From IMG/VR virus record IMGVR_UViG_3300020045_010087, positions 1 to 39,168 of that record: 39,168 nt of DNA, one strand, 5' to 3'. A program made the position numbers and the translations under genes. Origin of the DNA: a virus. Lineage: Duplodnaviria; Caudoviricetes. The notes below the pieces were generated by a model that did not search any database, was not told where the DNA came from, and was given only the letters and a program-made list of their open reading frames with translations. Below, one piece after another: positions 1 through 8,970 of this stretch. The stretch's first letter is position 1. Each line of letters begins with the position of its first letter.

Positions 1-1
1 C

Positions 2-1462
2 AGTGAATTTCAAAGGTTTGTAGAGCAGAATATTCAGTATTATCTCGGTAATCAAACTGATGTAAAGCAGATTTTGGGTGAAGAAAGTAAGGCAGTTGAA
101 AATCGTATTTGGATGGCGATTGAAACAATCATTCCGATTGTCACTGCGCGTATTCCCGATACAGTAGTTAAGAGCCTCGATGAGGATGAACAGTCACAAA
201 TTGACGCGCAGCAACTTCAAGACACCTTAAACTACGAATGGGACCGCGTAGCTATTCAGCAGATTGCCGAGCGTTGGACGCGCGACATGCTACTCAAGCG
301 CATGGGTATTTATAAGATTTGTTGGAATTACGACACTGATGACGTTGACGTAAAACTCATTGAACCGAAACGGCTACGTATTCCAAAGTTTGGCAAAGAT
401 GTGAAATCGCTTGCTTTCACTATCGAGGACTTAGAAATGACCTATGGTTCTGTTTCAGATTTCTTTGGCGAAAAGATAGCCAATGAATTAGTGCAGTCGG
501 CGCCAAAACAAAGTGACAACAAGGTTCGCAAGGCTACGTTCTCAATTAAGGAAGTTTGGACTAATGAGTACGTGTGCTGGGCAACTGATTCAAAGATTTT
601 AAAGAAGCAGGAGAACCCGTATTACAACTTCAAAAACAAGAAGAAGAACTTTTTTGATTCTCCGCGCAAGCCCTATGTCATCAAGTCACTCTTTGAAACC
701 GACGAATCGCTTATTGGTTCCACTGATTACGTGCAGCAAGTGCTGCGAATGCAAGATAACCTCAATACCCGTAAGCGTCAGATTGAAAACATCACGGGTA
801 AGGTGGCTAACCCTACACTCCTCATTGACTCTGACGTAATGAGTGAAGAAGAGGCGGGTAAAATTACTAACGAAGAGGGTGCAATCATCTACGGTAAGGA
901 CGCAGCCAGTGAAGGTAGGATTCGTTTTATCACTCCTGGACAGGTTCCCCAGTATCTTTTCCAAGACCTTGAGTTTACCCGTAAAGAATTTGACAACATT
1001 GTTGGGCTCCATGCCTCTAGCCGTGGCGAACGCGAGGGACGTGAGACACTTGGTGGTCGCCAGCTCCTTAAAGAGGCAGACTTGGGACGTATTGACCTAG
1101 TTGGTCGTCAGGTAGAACGGGCGCTTGATGAAATTGCGGAACAATGGACTCAACTTATTAAGCTTTTCTGGACTGAAGAGCGCACTATTTCTGTACTTGG
1201 ACCAGAAGGAATCCGTTTTGTTAAGAATTTTTCTGGCGCAAAGATTGGCAACGTGAAACCAATGGTCAAGCAAGGCTCAACCATCAAAGAAGACGAATAC
1301 TCAATCAAGCAACAGGCGATAATACTCTGGCAGAACAAGGCTATTGGTATTCAGACTCTCTACAAAATGCTTCGTATCCCGAATATTGACCAGGCCATAC
1401 AAGACTGGAAGGTAACGCAGGGTGGAGGCGCGACCCCACCGGTCGAACAACCAATTCAATAG
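2..1462 (+). CDS. Portal protein (P22-like), 5'-truncated
   Basis: Frame is open from position 2 (SEFQRFVEQNIQYYLGNQ...), so the TTG at 74 is not the true start; YYxGxQ, NRIWMAIETI, G.Y.I.W and ETLGGRQLL portal-like segments; lies upstream of scaffold and MCP. Confidence 0.88.
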   Translation, partial: SEFQRFVEQNIQYYLGNQTDVKQILGEESKAVENRIWMAIETIIPIVTARIPDTVVKSLDEDEQSQIDAQQLQDTLNYEWDRVAIQQIAERWTRDMLLKRMGIYKICWNYDTDDVDVKLIEPKRLRIPKFGKDVKSLAFTIEDLEMTYGSVSDFFGEKIANELVQSAPKQSDNKVRKATFSIKEVWTNEYVCWATDSKILKKQENPYYNFKNKKKNFFDSPRKPYVIKSLFETDESLIGSTDYVQQVLRMQDNLNTRKRQIENITGKVANPTLLIDSDVMSEEEAGKITNEEGAIIYGKDAASEGRIRFITPGQVPQYLFQDLEFTRKEFDNIVGLHASSRGEREGRETLGGRQLLKEADLGRIDLVGRQVERALDEIAEQWTQLIKLFWTEERTISVLGPEGIRFVKNFSGAKIGNVKPMVKQGSTIKEDEYSIKQQAIILWQNKAIGIQTLYKMLRIPNIDQAIQDWKVTQGGGATPPVEQPIQ

Positions 1463-1474
1463 ATAATTTAAACA

Positions 1475-1723
1475 ATGGGATTACAGAATTTAATCGGTGC
1501 CTTAAAAGCAAAGAATCAAGCAGGGCAAGTTAAGAAACGTATCTATACTACGTTTAAAAATAAGATGACGAGTCCAGGTATTGCTGGTGAGAAAAACTAT
1601 AACATTGAGCAACGTACTCTGAAATCTTATGCTAATAATATGGACGCTCAAGGGGCTTCCAATTACGCAAAAGGACAACGTGCGAAACTGAGTTCTCAAA
1701 TAAAGAAAGCGAAAAGTTACTAG
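1475..1723 (+). CDS. Small basic hypothetical protein (head module)
   Basis: 82 aa Lys-rich ORF filling the gap between portal and scaffold; A-rich leader. Confidence 0.7.
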   Translation: MGLQNLIGALKAKNQAGQVKKRIYTTFKNKMTSPGIAGEKNYNIEQRTLKSYANNMDAQGASNYAKGQRAKLSSQIKKAKSY

Positions 1724-1726
1724 GTT

Positions 1727-1737
1727 TGTGGTATAAT
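1727..1737 (+). promoter_or_regulatory. Extended -10 promoter (TGTGGTATAAT)
   Basis: Same motif recurs upstream of other late genes (9523, 12095, 20719). Confidence 0.7.
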
Positions 1738-1789
1738 AATATTAATTAAGTGTTCGCGGCCCTAACCGCGTAAAAATAAGGGAACATTT

Positions 1790-2368
1790 ATGGCAGATGA
1801 AATTGTTGATGAGAAGATTGAAGAAGGTAATTCCGAAGTCCCGAAGACAGAGGAGAATACCGAAGACAAACCAGTTCCGTATCATCGTTTTAAGGAGGTT
1901 AATGACCAACTTAAAGAACTACGTGAAATGGTTAAGCCGAAAGATAATTCTGCGAAGACACCTGAGCAAGAAAAAGAGGAAAAGGCTAAAGAGTACCTCA
2001 AAAACTTGCACAAAGAAGTATTAGCCGAGGAGCAGAAAGCCAAACAAATCCAAGAGGAAAAAGAACTCAAGGATTTTAAGGAACAACTTTCTGAAGTCCT
2101 GAGTGTTAACACTAATGTAAAACGGGCTGAGTTTGAAAAATTCCTTGAGACTGACGGTGACGATTATTCGTCCATTGCATCTGCAATGAAAGCCTTCAAG
2201 AGATTTAATGAAATTGAGACCAAGGGTAAGGAAAAGGGCAAAGAAGAAATGAAGGGTAAGCCTAAGATGCCAAGCCACGAAGGTCCTCAAGCCGAAGCTC
2301 CCGTTGAAGACAAAACAAAATCTATCAGGCAAATTGCGGAAGAAGCTATCGGTTCATTAGAAAAATAA
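1790..2368 (+). CDS. Capsid scaffolding protein
   Basis: Acidic/Lys-rich coiled coil with VPYHRFKEVN motif typical of scaffolds, directly before the MCP. Confidence 0.85.
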   Translation: MADEIVDEKIEEGNSEVPKTEENTEDKPVPYHRFKEVNDQLKELREMVKPKDNSAKTPEQEKEEKAKEYLKNLHKEVLAEEQKAKQIQEEKELKDFKEQLSEVLSVNTNVKRAEFEKFLETDGDDYSSIASAMKAFKRFNEIETKGKEKGKEEMKGKPKMPSHEGPQAEAPVEDKTKSIRQIAEEAIGSLEK

Positions 2369-2384
2369 TAACTACTGATAACTT

Positions 2385-3389
2385 ATGATTGCAGTTTCTT
2401 CCTTTGTCAGTAACGTTACCGACACTCGGCTTATCCCGAAGGTCATAGACAACATCTATTCTGGTAACGTTTTGACTATGTTGCTGATGAAAAATCAGCG
2501 CACCTGGAGGGGTGGCAACCAAATCTCAGCCCCGACCTATCTTAGTGCTGTGACCACGGTTGGCTCGTACTCTGGATTCGACACGTTTAACACCACGCAG
2601 GAAACCAAGACTGTTAAGTACGCCTTTGACCCAAGTCAGGTCTATGCGTCTGTACAGATTTCTGGTATTCAGCGTGCAGTTAATGCTTCTGGCGACGCCG
2701 GTGTCATTGACCTCATTGCTTCTGAACTTGAAATCACCACCGAAGCTCTGAAACAGGAGCTTGGTACGGAAGTGTATGGTGACGGTACTGGTAACAGCAA
2801 CAAGGACTTCCTTGGTTTGCAAGCCGCTGTTGATGACTCGACGAGCGTTACTACCTATGGTGGTATCTCTCGCGCGACCTACACCAACTGGCGTGCTACT
2901 CGTACTGCTCAGTCTGGTTCGCTCTCAATTGCTAACCTCGCCGCTGATTTTGATGCAGCTCAGGTTGGTAACAAGGTACCGAACTTGATTGTCACGACTC
3001 CAGCAGTATTCACTATCTACGAGGCTCTTCTTACCCCGACGGTCAGCCACCAGTTCAGCATGAATGACTTCCGCATGACCGCCGATGGTATGGCGCGTGT
3101 AGGTGGTACTCTCGCTGCTAACCAGGGCTTTCGCGCTCTTACGTTCCGTGGCGTTCCAGTTGTCGCCGATGAAAAGTGTACGACCGGCAACATCTACACG
3201 TTGAATCTTGAAAATCTCTACTGGTACACGATTCCGCAGCCAGGTCGCCAGCAGAAGAACGGATTCTCGTGGACAGGCTTTAAAGAGCCAGTAAACCAGG
3301 ATGCAATCGCTGGTCAGCTCTTGCTCTACGGGCAGATGATTACCGATTCTCCACGTCTCCACGCTCGTCGCACCGGCGTAACCTCTTAG
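2385..3389 (+). CDS. Major capsid protein (HK97 fold)
   Basis: 334 aa; YGDGTG...GL, YGGISR...W, FRGVPVVADE motifs; follows scaffold. Confidence 0.9.
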   Translation: MIAVSSFVSNVTDTRLIPKVIDNIYSGNVLTMLLMKNQRTWRGGNQISAPTYLSAVTTVGSYSGFDTFNTTQETKTVKYAFDPSQVYASVQISGIQRAVNASGDAGVIDLIASELEITTEALKQELGTEVYGDGTGNSNKDFLGLQAAVDDSTSVTTYGGISRATYTNWRATRTAQSGSLSIANLAADFDAAQVGNKVPNLIVTTPAVFTIYEALLTPTVSHQFSMNDFRMTADGMARVGGTLAANQGFRALTFRGVPVVADEKCTTGNIYTLNLENLYWYTIPQPGRQQKNGFSWTGFKEPVNQDAIAGQLLLYGQMITDSPRLHARRTGVTS

Positions 3390-3421
3390 TCCTGGGTTAT
3401 AAACATAATAAATAAAATATT

Positions 3422-3838
3422 ATGCCATTTAAAAACCCAGCATTATTCGACCAAGAGTCTCCAGTTAAAGGATTCACCGTTACCACCGTACTAGCGGGTG
3501 CCGCACCGGCGACCGCTGCTAACTATGGTAGCTTCTGGGTCGCTCCAGCTAAGTGTGTAGTTGATTCAATCACCTACTCATGGAGCACTAACTCTTCTTC
3601 TGGAACTGTTGAAGTTGAAAAGGTTCCGTCAGCGACAGCGCAAGGCTCTGGTACTAACCTTCAAAGTGCAACCGTCAGTACCGCTTCCGGAGCAAACACT
3701 AATTCAGCAGCTACGCTTTCAACCACAGCGGCAACGCTAGAGTTGGCGGCTGGTGATAGGTTGGCTCTTGAAGACGGTGGTACGCTCACGTCACTCACTG
3801 ACCTAGTTTGTACCGTTGGCTTGCATTGGATTCCTTAG
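3422..3838 (+). CDS. Putative capsid decoration/minor head protein
   Basis: Ala/Thr/Ser-rich beta protein after MCP; FWVAPAKCVV...LAAGDRL pattern. Confidence 0.65.
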   Translation: MPFKNPALFDQESPVKGFTVTTVLAGAAPATAANYGSFWVAPAKCVVDSITYSWSTNSSSGTVEVEKVPSATAQGSGTNLQSATVSTASGANTNSAATLSTTAATLELAAGDRLALEDGGTLTSLTDLVCTVGLHWIP

Positions 3839-3903
3839 TAAAAATTAATTGTCTTAGTCCTATGAGGATAAAACCTCTTAAAGTTCTAAGATAAAACAAC
3901 AAT

Positions 3904-4617
3904 ATGTTAGGTGGACTTCCAGTTATCTACGGGATTAACCCGTTTACCACAGAGACCACTCCTTCGCATCAGCTCGGTGCTATGGGTGTTACTCCAGATG
4001 GTCGCAAGTTTCGTTACGCTAAAGTAGGTTCTGGTGCGGCTTTGGTCGCAGGAGATTTGATACAGTCTCCGGCTGAAGTTACTGGCAACCAGAGCAGGAT
4101 TGTAGCCGCAGCCGCAATTGGTGCGACTTCAATTACTACCACTGACACTGTTACTACGACTGCTGACCAGTTCGTTAATGGCTATATCATCGTTACCGGT
4201 GAAGCCTCTACGGGTACAGGACACGCATACAGAATTAAATCTCACGATGTTGTTTCTGGTGCTGTATGTACGTTCCAGCTCTATGACCCGATTAAAGTAG
4301 CTCTTACTTCTTCGACTCAGGTAGACATTGTTGCGAATCCTTTCAACGGTGTTATCGACTGGCCAGCTTCTCAGACAGGTACGCCAGTTGGTACTGCTTT
4401 CGTAGCAGCTCCAGCTTCTTCGTACACCTGGCTTCAGACAGGTGGTCTCGCACCAGTTCTTACTACTGGAACAGTAGCAGTAGGAACTTTGGTTCAGGCT
4501 GCGACGGGTACAGCAGGTGCAGTTGAAGCATCGACGAACCTTCTGCCAACCGTTGGTTACGCTGCAACTGGTGTAGCTACGGGTGAAGTAGGTGCTATAT
4601 TCTTGACGATTGATTAG
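3904..4617 (+). CDS. Putative capsid cement/decoration protein
   Basis: LG...DGRKFRYAK and YTWLQTGG motifs seen in head decoration proteins; position after MCP. Confidence 0.7.
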   Translation: MLGGLPVIYGINPFTTETTPSHQLGAMGVTPDGRKFRYAKVGSGAALVAGDLIQSPAEVTGNQSRIVAAAAIGATSITTTDTVTTTADQFVNGYIIVTGEASTGTGHAYRIKSHDVVSGAVCTFQLYDPIKVALTSSTQVDIVANPFNGVIDWPASQTGTPVGTAFVAAPASSYTWLQTGGLAPVLTTGTVAVGTLVQAATGTAGAVEASTNLLPTVGYAATGVATGEVGAIFLTID

Positions 4618-4630
4618 TAAACAATAACTA

Positions 4631-4701
4631 AGGGACGGGAGAAGGTAACTTCCGCTTACCTGCCATATGGCAGAGTCGCAAAGACCGTAAGCCCCGTTCC
4701 T
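4631..4701 (+). promoter_or_regulatory. Compact multi-stem RNA element in the intergenic leader
   Basis: GGGACGGG/CCCGTTCC closing stem; GAAG-GTAA-CTTC; GCTTAC/GTAAGC enclosing CTGCC-ATAT-GGCAG and GTC-GCAAA-GAC. Confidence 0.6.
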
Positions 4702-4707
4702 AAAATA

Positions 4708-5205
4708 ATGAACCCAGAAATTGACGTTACTAAGTTCGTAAACATTGACGACAAACCATTTGATGTATATATCGGTGGTAAACTTGCTCGACACTTTGAA
4801 CCTGGAGAAATACAGACGACAGTTGTATATGTTGCTCAGGTTGGTGCAAAGCATTTAGTGGATAGGATTTTGCAGGTTAAACACGGCATTCGAGATACTC
4901 TCAAAGACACACCTCTTCGTCAGAGTTTGTTTGCTCAGATTCTTCCTGAACTTGCTATAGAGCGAAATATAAAACCTCTTACGCCGGACCAGGAAAAAGC
5001 TCAAGTGAAAGAGATGCTTGCTAAACAAGTGGAGCTTGAGAAGCAGTTAAAACAAAAAGATGATGAACGTGAGAATAAAGATAAACAGCGCGATGCTGTA
5101 ATTGAAGCTCTGCAAAAAGAGATTGCTGAACTGAAGAATAAACCGGCAGCAAAGAAAGGTGGCAGACCGCCAAAGGTCGTTGCTCCGCCGGAACCAACCC
5201 AATAA
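4708..5205 (+). CDS. Hypothetical coiled-coil protein
   Basis: 165 aa; C-terminal coiled coil ending in KKGGRPPK; in-operon ATG. Confidence 0.75.
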   Translation: MNPEIDVTKFVNIDDKPFDVYIGGKLARHFEPGEIQTTVVYVAQVGAKHLVDRILQVKHGIRDTLKDTPLRQSLFAQILPELAIERNIKPLTPDQEKAQVKEMLAKQVELEKQLKQKDDERENKDKQRDAVIEALQKEIAELKNKPAAKKGGRPPKVVAPPEPTQ

Positions 5206-5214
5206 TAAAAACCT

Positions 5215-5547
5215 ATGTACGGACACGAAATTGCAAGCCGGTTCCAACAGAACGCAATCTTATGTACCGCGACAGGGTGGACGAAGCTAGAGGGTACTAC
5301 CGCTCTAGCCAATCGCATTGGTACGGAACTATATAACAAAGGGCAAGCGGCAACTGCCAAGTTATATCTTACGTATACATATCCAGATGCAACTGGTGCA
5401 GTATCTACACCGACTATTTCGGTGAAGTATTGTAAAGCAATTGAGACAGGTTCGTACCACTTTGAGCCAAATGGTACTGGGATGACATTGTGGGGTCGAA
5501 CTCACGCGGCAAGCGCCCGTGTTATAGTAACTGAATACGGAAACTAA
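5215..5547 (+). CDS. Hypothetical virion-associated protein
   Basis: 110 aa beta-rich ORF tightly packed in the late operon. Confidence 0.7.
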   Translation: MYGHEIASRFQQNAILCTATGWTKLEGTTALANRIGTELYNKGQAATAKLYLTYTYPDATGAVSTPTISVKYCKAIETGSYHFEPNGTGMTLWGRTHAASARVIVTEYGN

Positions 5548-5548
5548 T

Positions 5549-5722
5549 ATGAGTAATTATTTTCACGTTGATACAGCCTTAACATGGACTTCAACGTCGA
5601 GTTCAACCTCGTCAAGCACCAGTACGTCAACGTCTACTTCTACTTCTAGTTCTACTAGTACTTCTACTAGCACTTCAAGTAGTTCATCATCATCGTCGTC
5701 TTCAACCACCACCATGGCCTAG
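5549..5722 (+). CDS. 57-aa Ser/Thr-tract microprotein (not in ORF track)
   Basis: MSNYFHVDTALTW + 42 consecutive S/T + MA; ATG is 1 nt after the upstream TAA and its TAG is 1 nt before the next ATG. Confidence 0.8.
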   Translation: MSNYFHVDTALTWTSTSSSTSSSTSTSTSTSTSSSTSTSTSTSSSSSSSSSSTTTMA

Positions 5723-5723
5723 T

Positions 5724-6179
5724 ATGTCCAGCGTATTTTGGGACAAGGTATGGAGTAGAAAATACGAACGTTACAACGGTCATCACAGAGCAATCTGGGA
5801 GGCCGTTGTTCCGTTTTTAAAAGGGCGAGTGGTTGATTTAGGCTGTGGTCCAGCAGTTATCTACGAAGGGACAGACGTAGATTTCCTTGGCGTAGACAGT
5901 TCCCAGGAGGCGATTAATCAAGCGATGATACGACACCCTGGTAAACAGTTTGTGGTCGGCGATGCTACCGATACAAGATTGCTGGAGCATAGTTTCGACA
6001 CTGTGGTCATGCTTGGACTGCTTGATTACTTCGAGAATTGGGACGATGTACTTAAGGAGGCCCGTAGATTAGTTAAACCTGGAGGGAAGATTGTTGGCAC
6101 TTTATTACACAAATTTAATGGCCATGATTGGTCAAAATACCCGCACATCACGGGTAACTGGCATCTGGTAGTTTGGTAA
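5724..6179 (+). CDS. Class I SAM-dependent methyltransferase
   Basis: VVDLGCGP motif I, GVDSS, FVVGDA, FDTVV, RLVKPGG. Confidence 0.9.
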   Translation: MSSVFWDKVWSRKYERYNGHHRAIWEAVVPFLKGRVVDLGCGPAVIYEGTDVDFLGVDSSQEAINQAMIRHPGKQFVVGDATDTRLLEHSFDTVVMLGLLDYFENWDDVLKEARRLVKPGGKIVGTLLHKFNGHDWSKYPHITGNWHLVVW

Positions 6180-6180
6180 A

Positions 6181-6621
6181 ATGGGATTCAAAAAAGGACA
6201 TAAGATAAATCTTGGTAGAAAACATTCCTATGAACATAATAGGAAAATCGGTCTTTCTCAAATTGGCAGACCCCCTACTAAAGGTCGCGCTGGGATTCCT
6301 CATACCGAAGAAACTAAGAGAAAGATAGCGCTGAAACATATTGGTCTGATTCCTTGGAATAAAGGAATGAAGACTTCTTATTCCGACACTGCTCTTAGAA
6401 GTTGCGAAGAATATAAGGAATGGCGGCTAAGGATTCAAAAGCGGGACGATTACGTATGTCAAATTTGTTTCGTTAGAGGTGGAGTACTCCAGGTTGACCA
6501 TATTAAACCTTGGGCGAAATTTCCAGAGTTAAGACTTGAATTAACCAACGGTCGTACTCTTTGTGTCTCATGTCATAGAAAAACGGATACTTATGGAAAA
6601 AGAAAAATTTATGTTGAATAA
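6181..6621 (+). CDS. NUMOD3-HNH homing endonuclease
   Basis: NUMOD3-like repeats (GRKHSYEHNRKI, HTEETKRKI, PWNKG) plus RDDYVCQIC...VDHIKP...NGRTLCVSCH. Confidence 0.9.
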   Translation: MGFKKGHKINLGRKHSYEHNRKIGLSQIGRPPTKGRAGIPHTEETKRKIALKHIGLIPWNKGMKTSYSDTALRSCEEYKEWRLRIQKRDDYVCQICFVRGGVLQVDHIKPWAKFPELRLELTNGRTLCVSCHRKTDTYGKRKIYVE

Positions 6622-7402
6622 TATTGCACTTGTTGGTTACGGTTACGTCGGTAAATCTATGGAACGGATGTTTAACGAACATCCTGATTACAAGGTAGTT
6701 CCTTATTCACGCCACATTGGTACGAAGGAAGAGGTAAACAAATGTGACCTGGCTATCGTTTGCGTTCCAACTCCTAAATCCGCTGACGGTTCTTGTGATA
6801 CTTCAGCAGTCGAAGAGGTAATAAGTTGGATTGAATGTCCGCTCATTCTCATCAAGTCAGCAGTCGAACCTGGTACGACCGAGCGGTTAAAGGCAAAGTA
6901 CGGCAAACGGATTGTCACGTCTCCTGAATACGCTGGTGAATCAAAGTTCTGGACACCACCACGCTACCCGAATCCCACCAATCCAATCTCCCACGGTTTC
7001 TTTATCCTTGGTGGAGATGACCAGGACTGCTCTGATGTTGCTGATATTTTGATTCCTGTTGTCGGCCCTGCTACTCGTATTCGGTTTATGACTGCTCAAG
7101 AAGCAGAGCTTGTAAAGTATTTCGAGAATACCTGGGGTGCTACCAAGGTCACTCTTGCTAATGAGTTTCGTAAGATTTGTGAAGCTGCTGGTGCTAACTG
7201 GCATCGTGTACGTGAGGGTTGGATTGATGACCCTCGTGTCGAACCAATGCACACTGCGGTGTTCAAGAATAAACGTGGATTTGGAGGTAAGTGTTTTCCA
7301 AAGGACATTTCAGCATTGGTCTTCTATGCTCGCAAGAAAGGATATGAGCCGATTATGATTTCTTCGATGATTGAATCTAATGAAAAAATGGTCCATGAAT
7401 AA
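6611..7402 (+). CDS. UDP-glucose/GDP-mannose dehydrogenase family protein (short form)
   Basis: GYGYVG Rossmann motif, VCVPTP, KSAV.PGTT, SPEY, AELVKYFEN, GFGGKCFPKD catalytic Cys; likely start ATG 6611 (MLNNIALVG). Confidence 0.9.
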   Translation: MLNNIALVGYGYVGKSMERMFNEHPDYKVVPYSRHIGTKEEVNKCDLAIVCVPTPKSADGSCDTSAVEEVISWIECPLILIKSAVEPGTTERLKAKYGKRIVTSPEYAGESKFWTPPRYPNPTNPISHGFFILGGDDQDCSDVADILIPVVGPATRIRFMTAQEAELVKYFENTWGATKVTLANEFRKICEAAGANWHRVREGWIDDPRVEPMHTAVFKNKRGFGGKCFPKDISALVFYARKKGYEPIMISSMIESNEKMVHE

Positions 7403-8288
7403 GGAACTATTAAAGCGGATTCAGAAGTCTGCTCGTAAGTACATGGGTATGCCGGTTGCGATTTCTGGAGGCGTTGACAGTGGACTACTAGCAGCGCTTG
7501 TAAAGCCAAGGTTTGTTGTTTCTGTTGCTAGTCCTGGCGGTGAAATATACGACGAGAGCGAATACGCAAAAATGATTTCGGAGCATCTTGGCCTCGAGCA
7601 CCGCATTGTCATGCCCGACGCAACTAAGTTTGACGAACATACTGCGCTGGCTGTTAAGGCCATTGGCAGACCTATTCCCCATTTCAACATCTTTCCTTTG
7701 TATGAGATGTACCGTTCACTGGCTGCCTGGGGAGTGAAAGATGTTGTTCTTGGTGATGGACCAGATGAAACGATGTGCGGTTATGCCAGGGACCTAATAC
7801 TCCGCTATTTGTATAAGGTCTATGACTTCGAGGCTTTTGAGAACTATAGGCCAATGATTGATAAGATTCTGCCGCCCTTAAACGAAGCACTAGAGAGGGT
7901 GACAGGTAAACCAGTTGCTCCTTGCCTTAATGACATTCATTCGATTGTAGCCACTGACATTGATATGATGCGACCGGATATGGACGATATGAGTAATCGT
8001 ATCGCTGCTATCTTCGGTATTACGAACCACCGACCTTACCAAGATGACACCGAACTTGATAACTTTATGCGCAACCTGCCTGAAGTAGAAAAGATTCGCG
8101 GTGAGTTTGGTAAATACGCGCTTCGAGAAATCGCAGCTAAGTACCTACCAAAGGAGATTGCGTGGCGTAAGAAGAAGGTTGGCGGTCCGATTTATCCCGT
8201 GAATCAAATAAAGGGTTGGGACGCTACCGAGGGAAATTTCGGAAAAGGTAAATGGCTTCAATATCAGCAGTCAATCCTCGATGCCTAA
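7395..8288 (+). CDS. Asparagine-synthase-like ATP pyrophosphatase (synthetase domain only); probable sugar amidation enzyme
   Basis: SGGVDS PP-loop, GDGPDETMCGY, KYALRE...LPKEIAWRKK; no N-terminal Ntn glutaminase domain; likely start ATG 7395. Confidence 0.85.
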   Translation: MNKELLKRIQKSARKYMGMPVAISGGVDSGLLAALVKPRFVVSVASPGGEIYDESEYAKMISEHLGLEHRIVMPDATKFDEHTALAVKAIGRPIPHFNIFPLYEMYRSLAAWGVKDVVLGDGPDETMCGYARDLILRYLYKVYDFEAFENYRPMIDKILPPLNEALERVTGKPVAPCLNDIHSIVATDIDMMRPDMDDMSNRIAAIFGITNHRPYQDDTELDNFMRNLPEVEKIRGEFGKYALREIAAKYLPKEIAWRKKKVGGPIYPVNQIKGWDATEGNFGKGKWLQYQQSILDA

Positions 8289-8970
8289 GATAAGTATTAT
8301 ATTCGTTACCTGGTCAATGAACTCGGAGAGAAGTCTACTCTCTCGGTTTTCGTTGCGCTCATTGCAGAACTCTCTGAATACTCCATGCGAGATTATTGTT
8401 GTAGACAACGGAGAGTCATTAGAGGACAGCCAGTTCTACCTAAAAGAGGTGCATGAAAAGCGGATAGCCCAGTATCTCCGCTTTAACGAGAACACCCACT
8501 TTGGATATGCCCGTAATCAGGCTATAAAGCTCTGTAGCGGGGATTTTATTGCAATCGTGGACAATGACCTTGCTTACCAGAATAATTGGCTGGAGGCCTG
8601 TTTAGCGGCCATTACGGAGCATCCAGACAAGAAGCTTATAGCCTCCCCTCTTGATTATCCAACCAATGTATTGCGGGAGAAGTATAATCAGGGAGAACTA
8701 CTAGTCAGGGGTAAGAAGTATAAGTTGAGTATGCGTGCAGGTTCCAACGTATTCGTTATGACTCGAAAGACTTGGGAGGAAATAGGAGAATTTCAATTAC
8801 ATAGAATAGCCGGTAGTTACTTTACCGACTCGCTAGTGAAGGCTGGTTACTTGACTGCGGTTACTCCTAGCCAAATGGCTACCGATATAGGGATACGCAG
8901 GGGGTATAATTTGTCAGAGGAAATCGAACCGTTCTTAACATTAACTAATGGAGATAAATTAAAACTATGA
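8281..8970 (+). CDS. Glycosyltransferase family 2
   Basis: KISII, EIIVVDNG, GYARNQAI, IAIVDND (DxD). Confidence 0.9.
   Translation: MPKISIIFVTWSMNSERSLLSRFSLRSLQNSLNTPCEIIVVDNGESLEDSQFYLKEVHEKRIAQYLRFNENTHFGYARNQAIKLCSGDFIAIVDNDLAYQNNWLEACLAAITEHPDKKLIASPLDYPTNVLREKYNQGELLVRGKKYKLSMRAGSNVFVMTRKTWEEIGEFQLHRIAGSYFTDSLVKAGYLTAVTPSQMATDIGIRRGYNLSEEIEPFLTLTNGDKLKL

Noticed and set aside
4129-4854. 241-aa minus-strand ORF
   Set aside because: Shadow of two well-supported plus-strand late genes; crosses the structured spacer
6563-7394. ORF-track starts at 6563 and 7371 (also 34618, 36522)
   Set aside because: Downstream ATGs (6611, 7395, 34639, 36561) fit domain boundaries, gene coupling and promoter positions better
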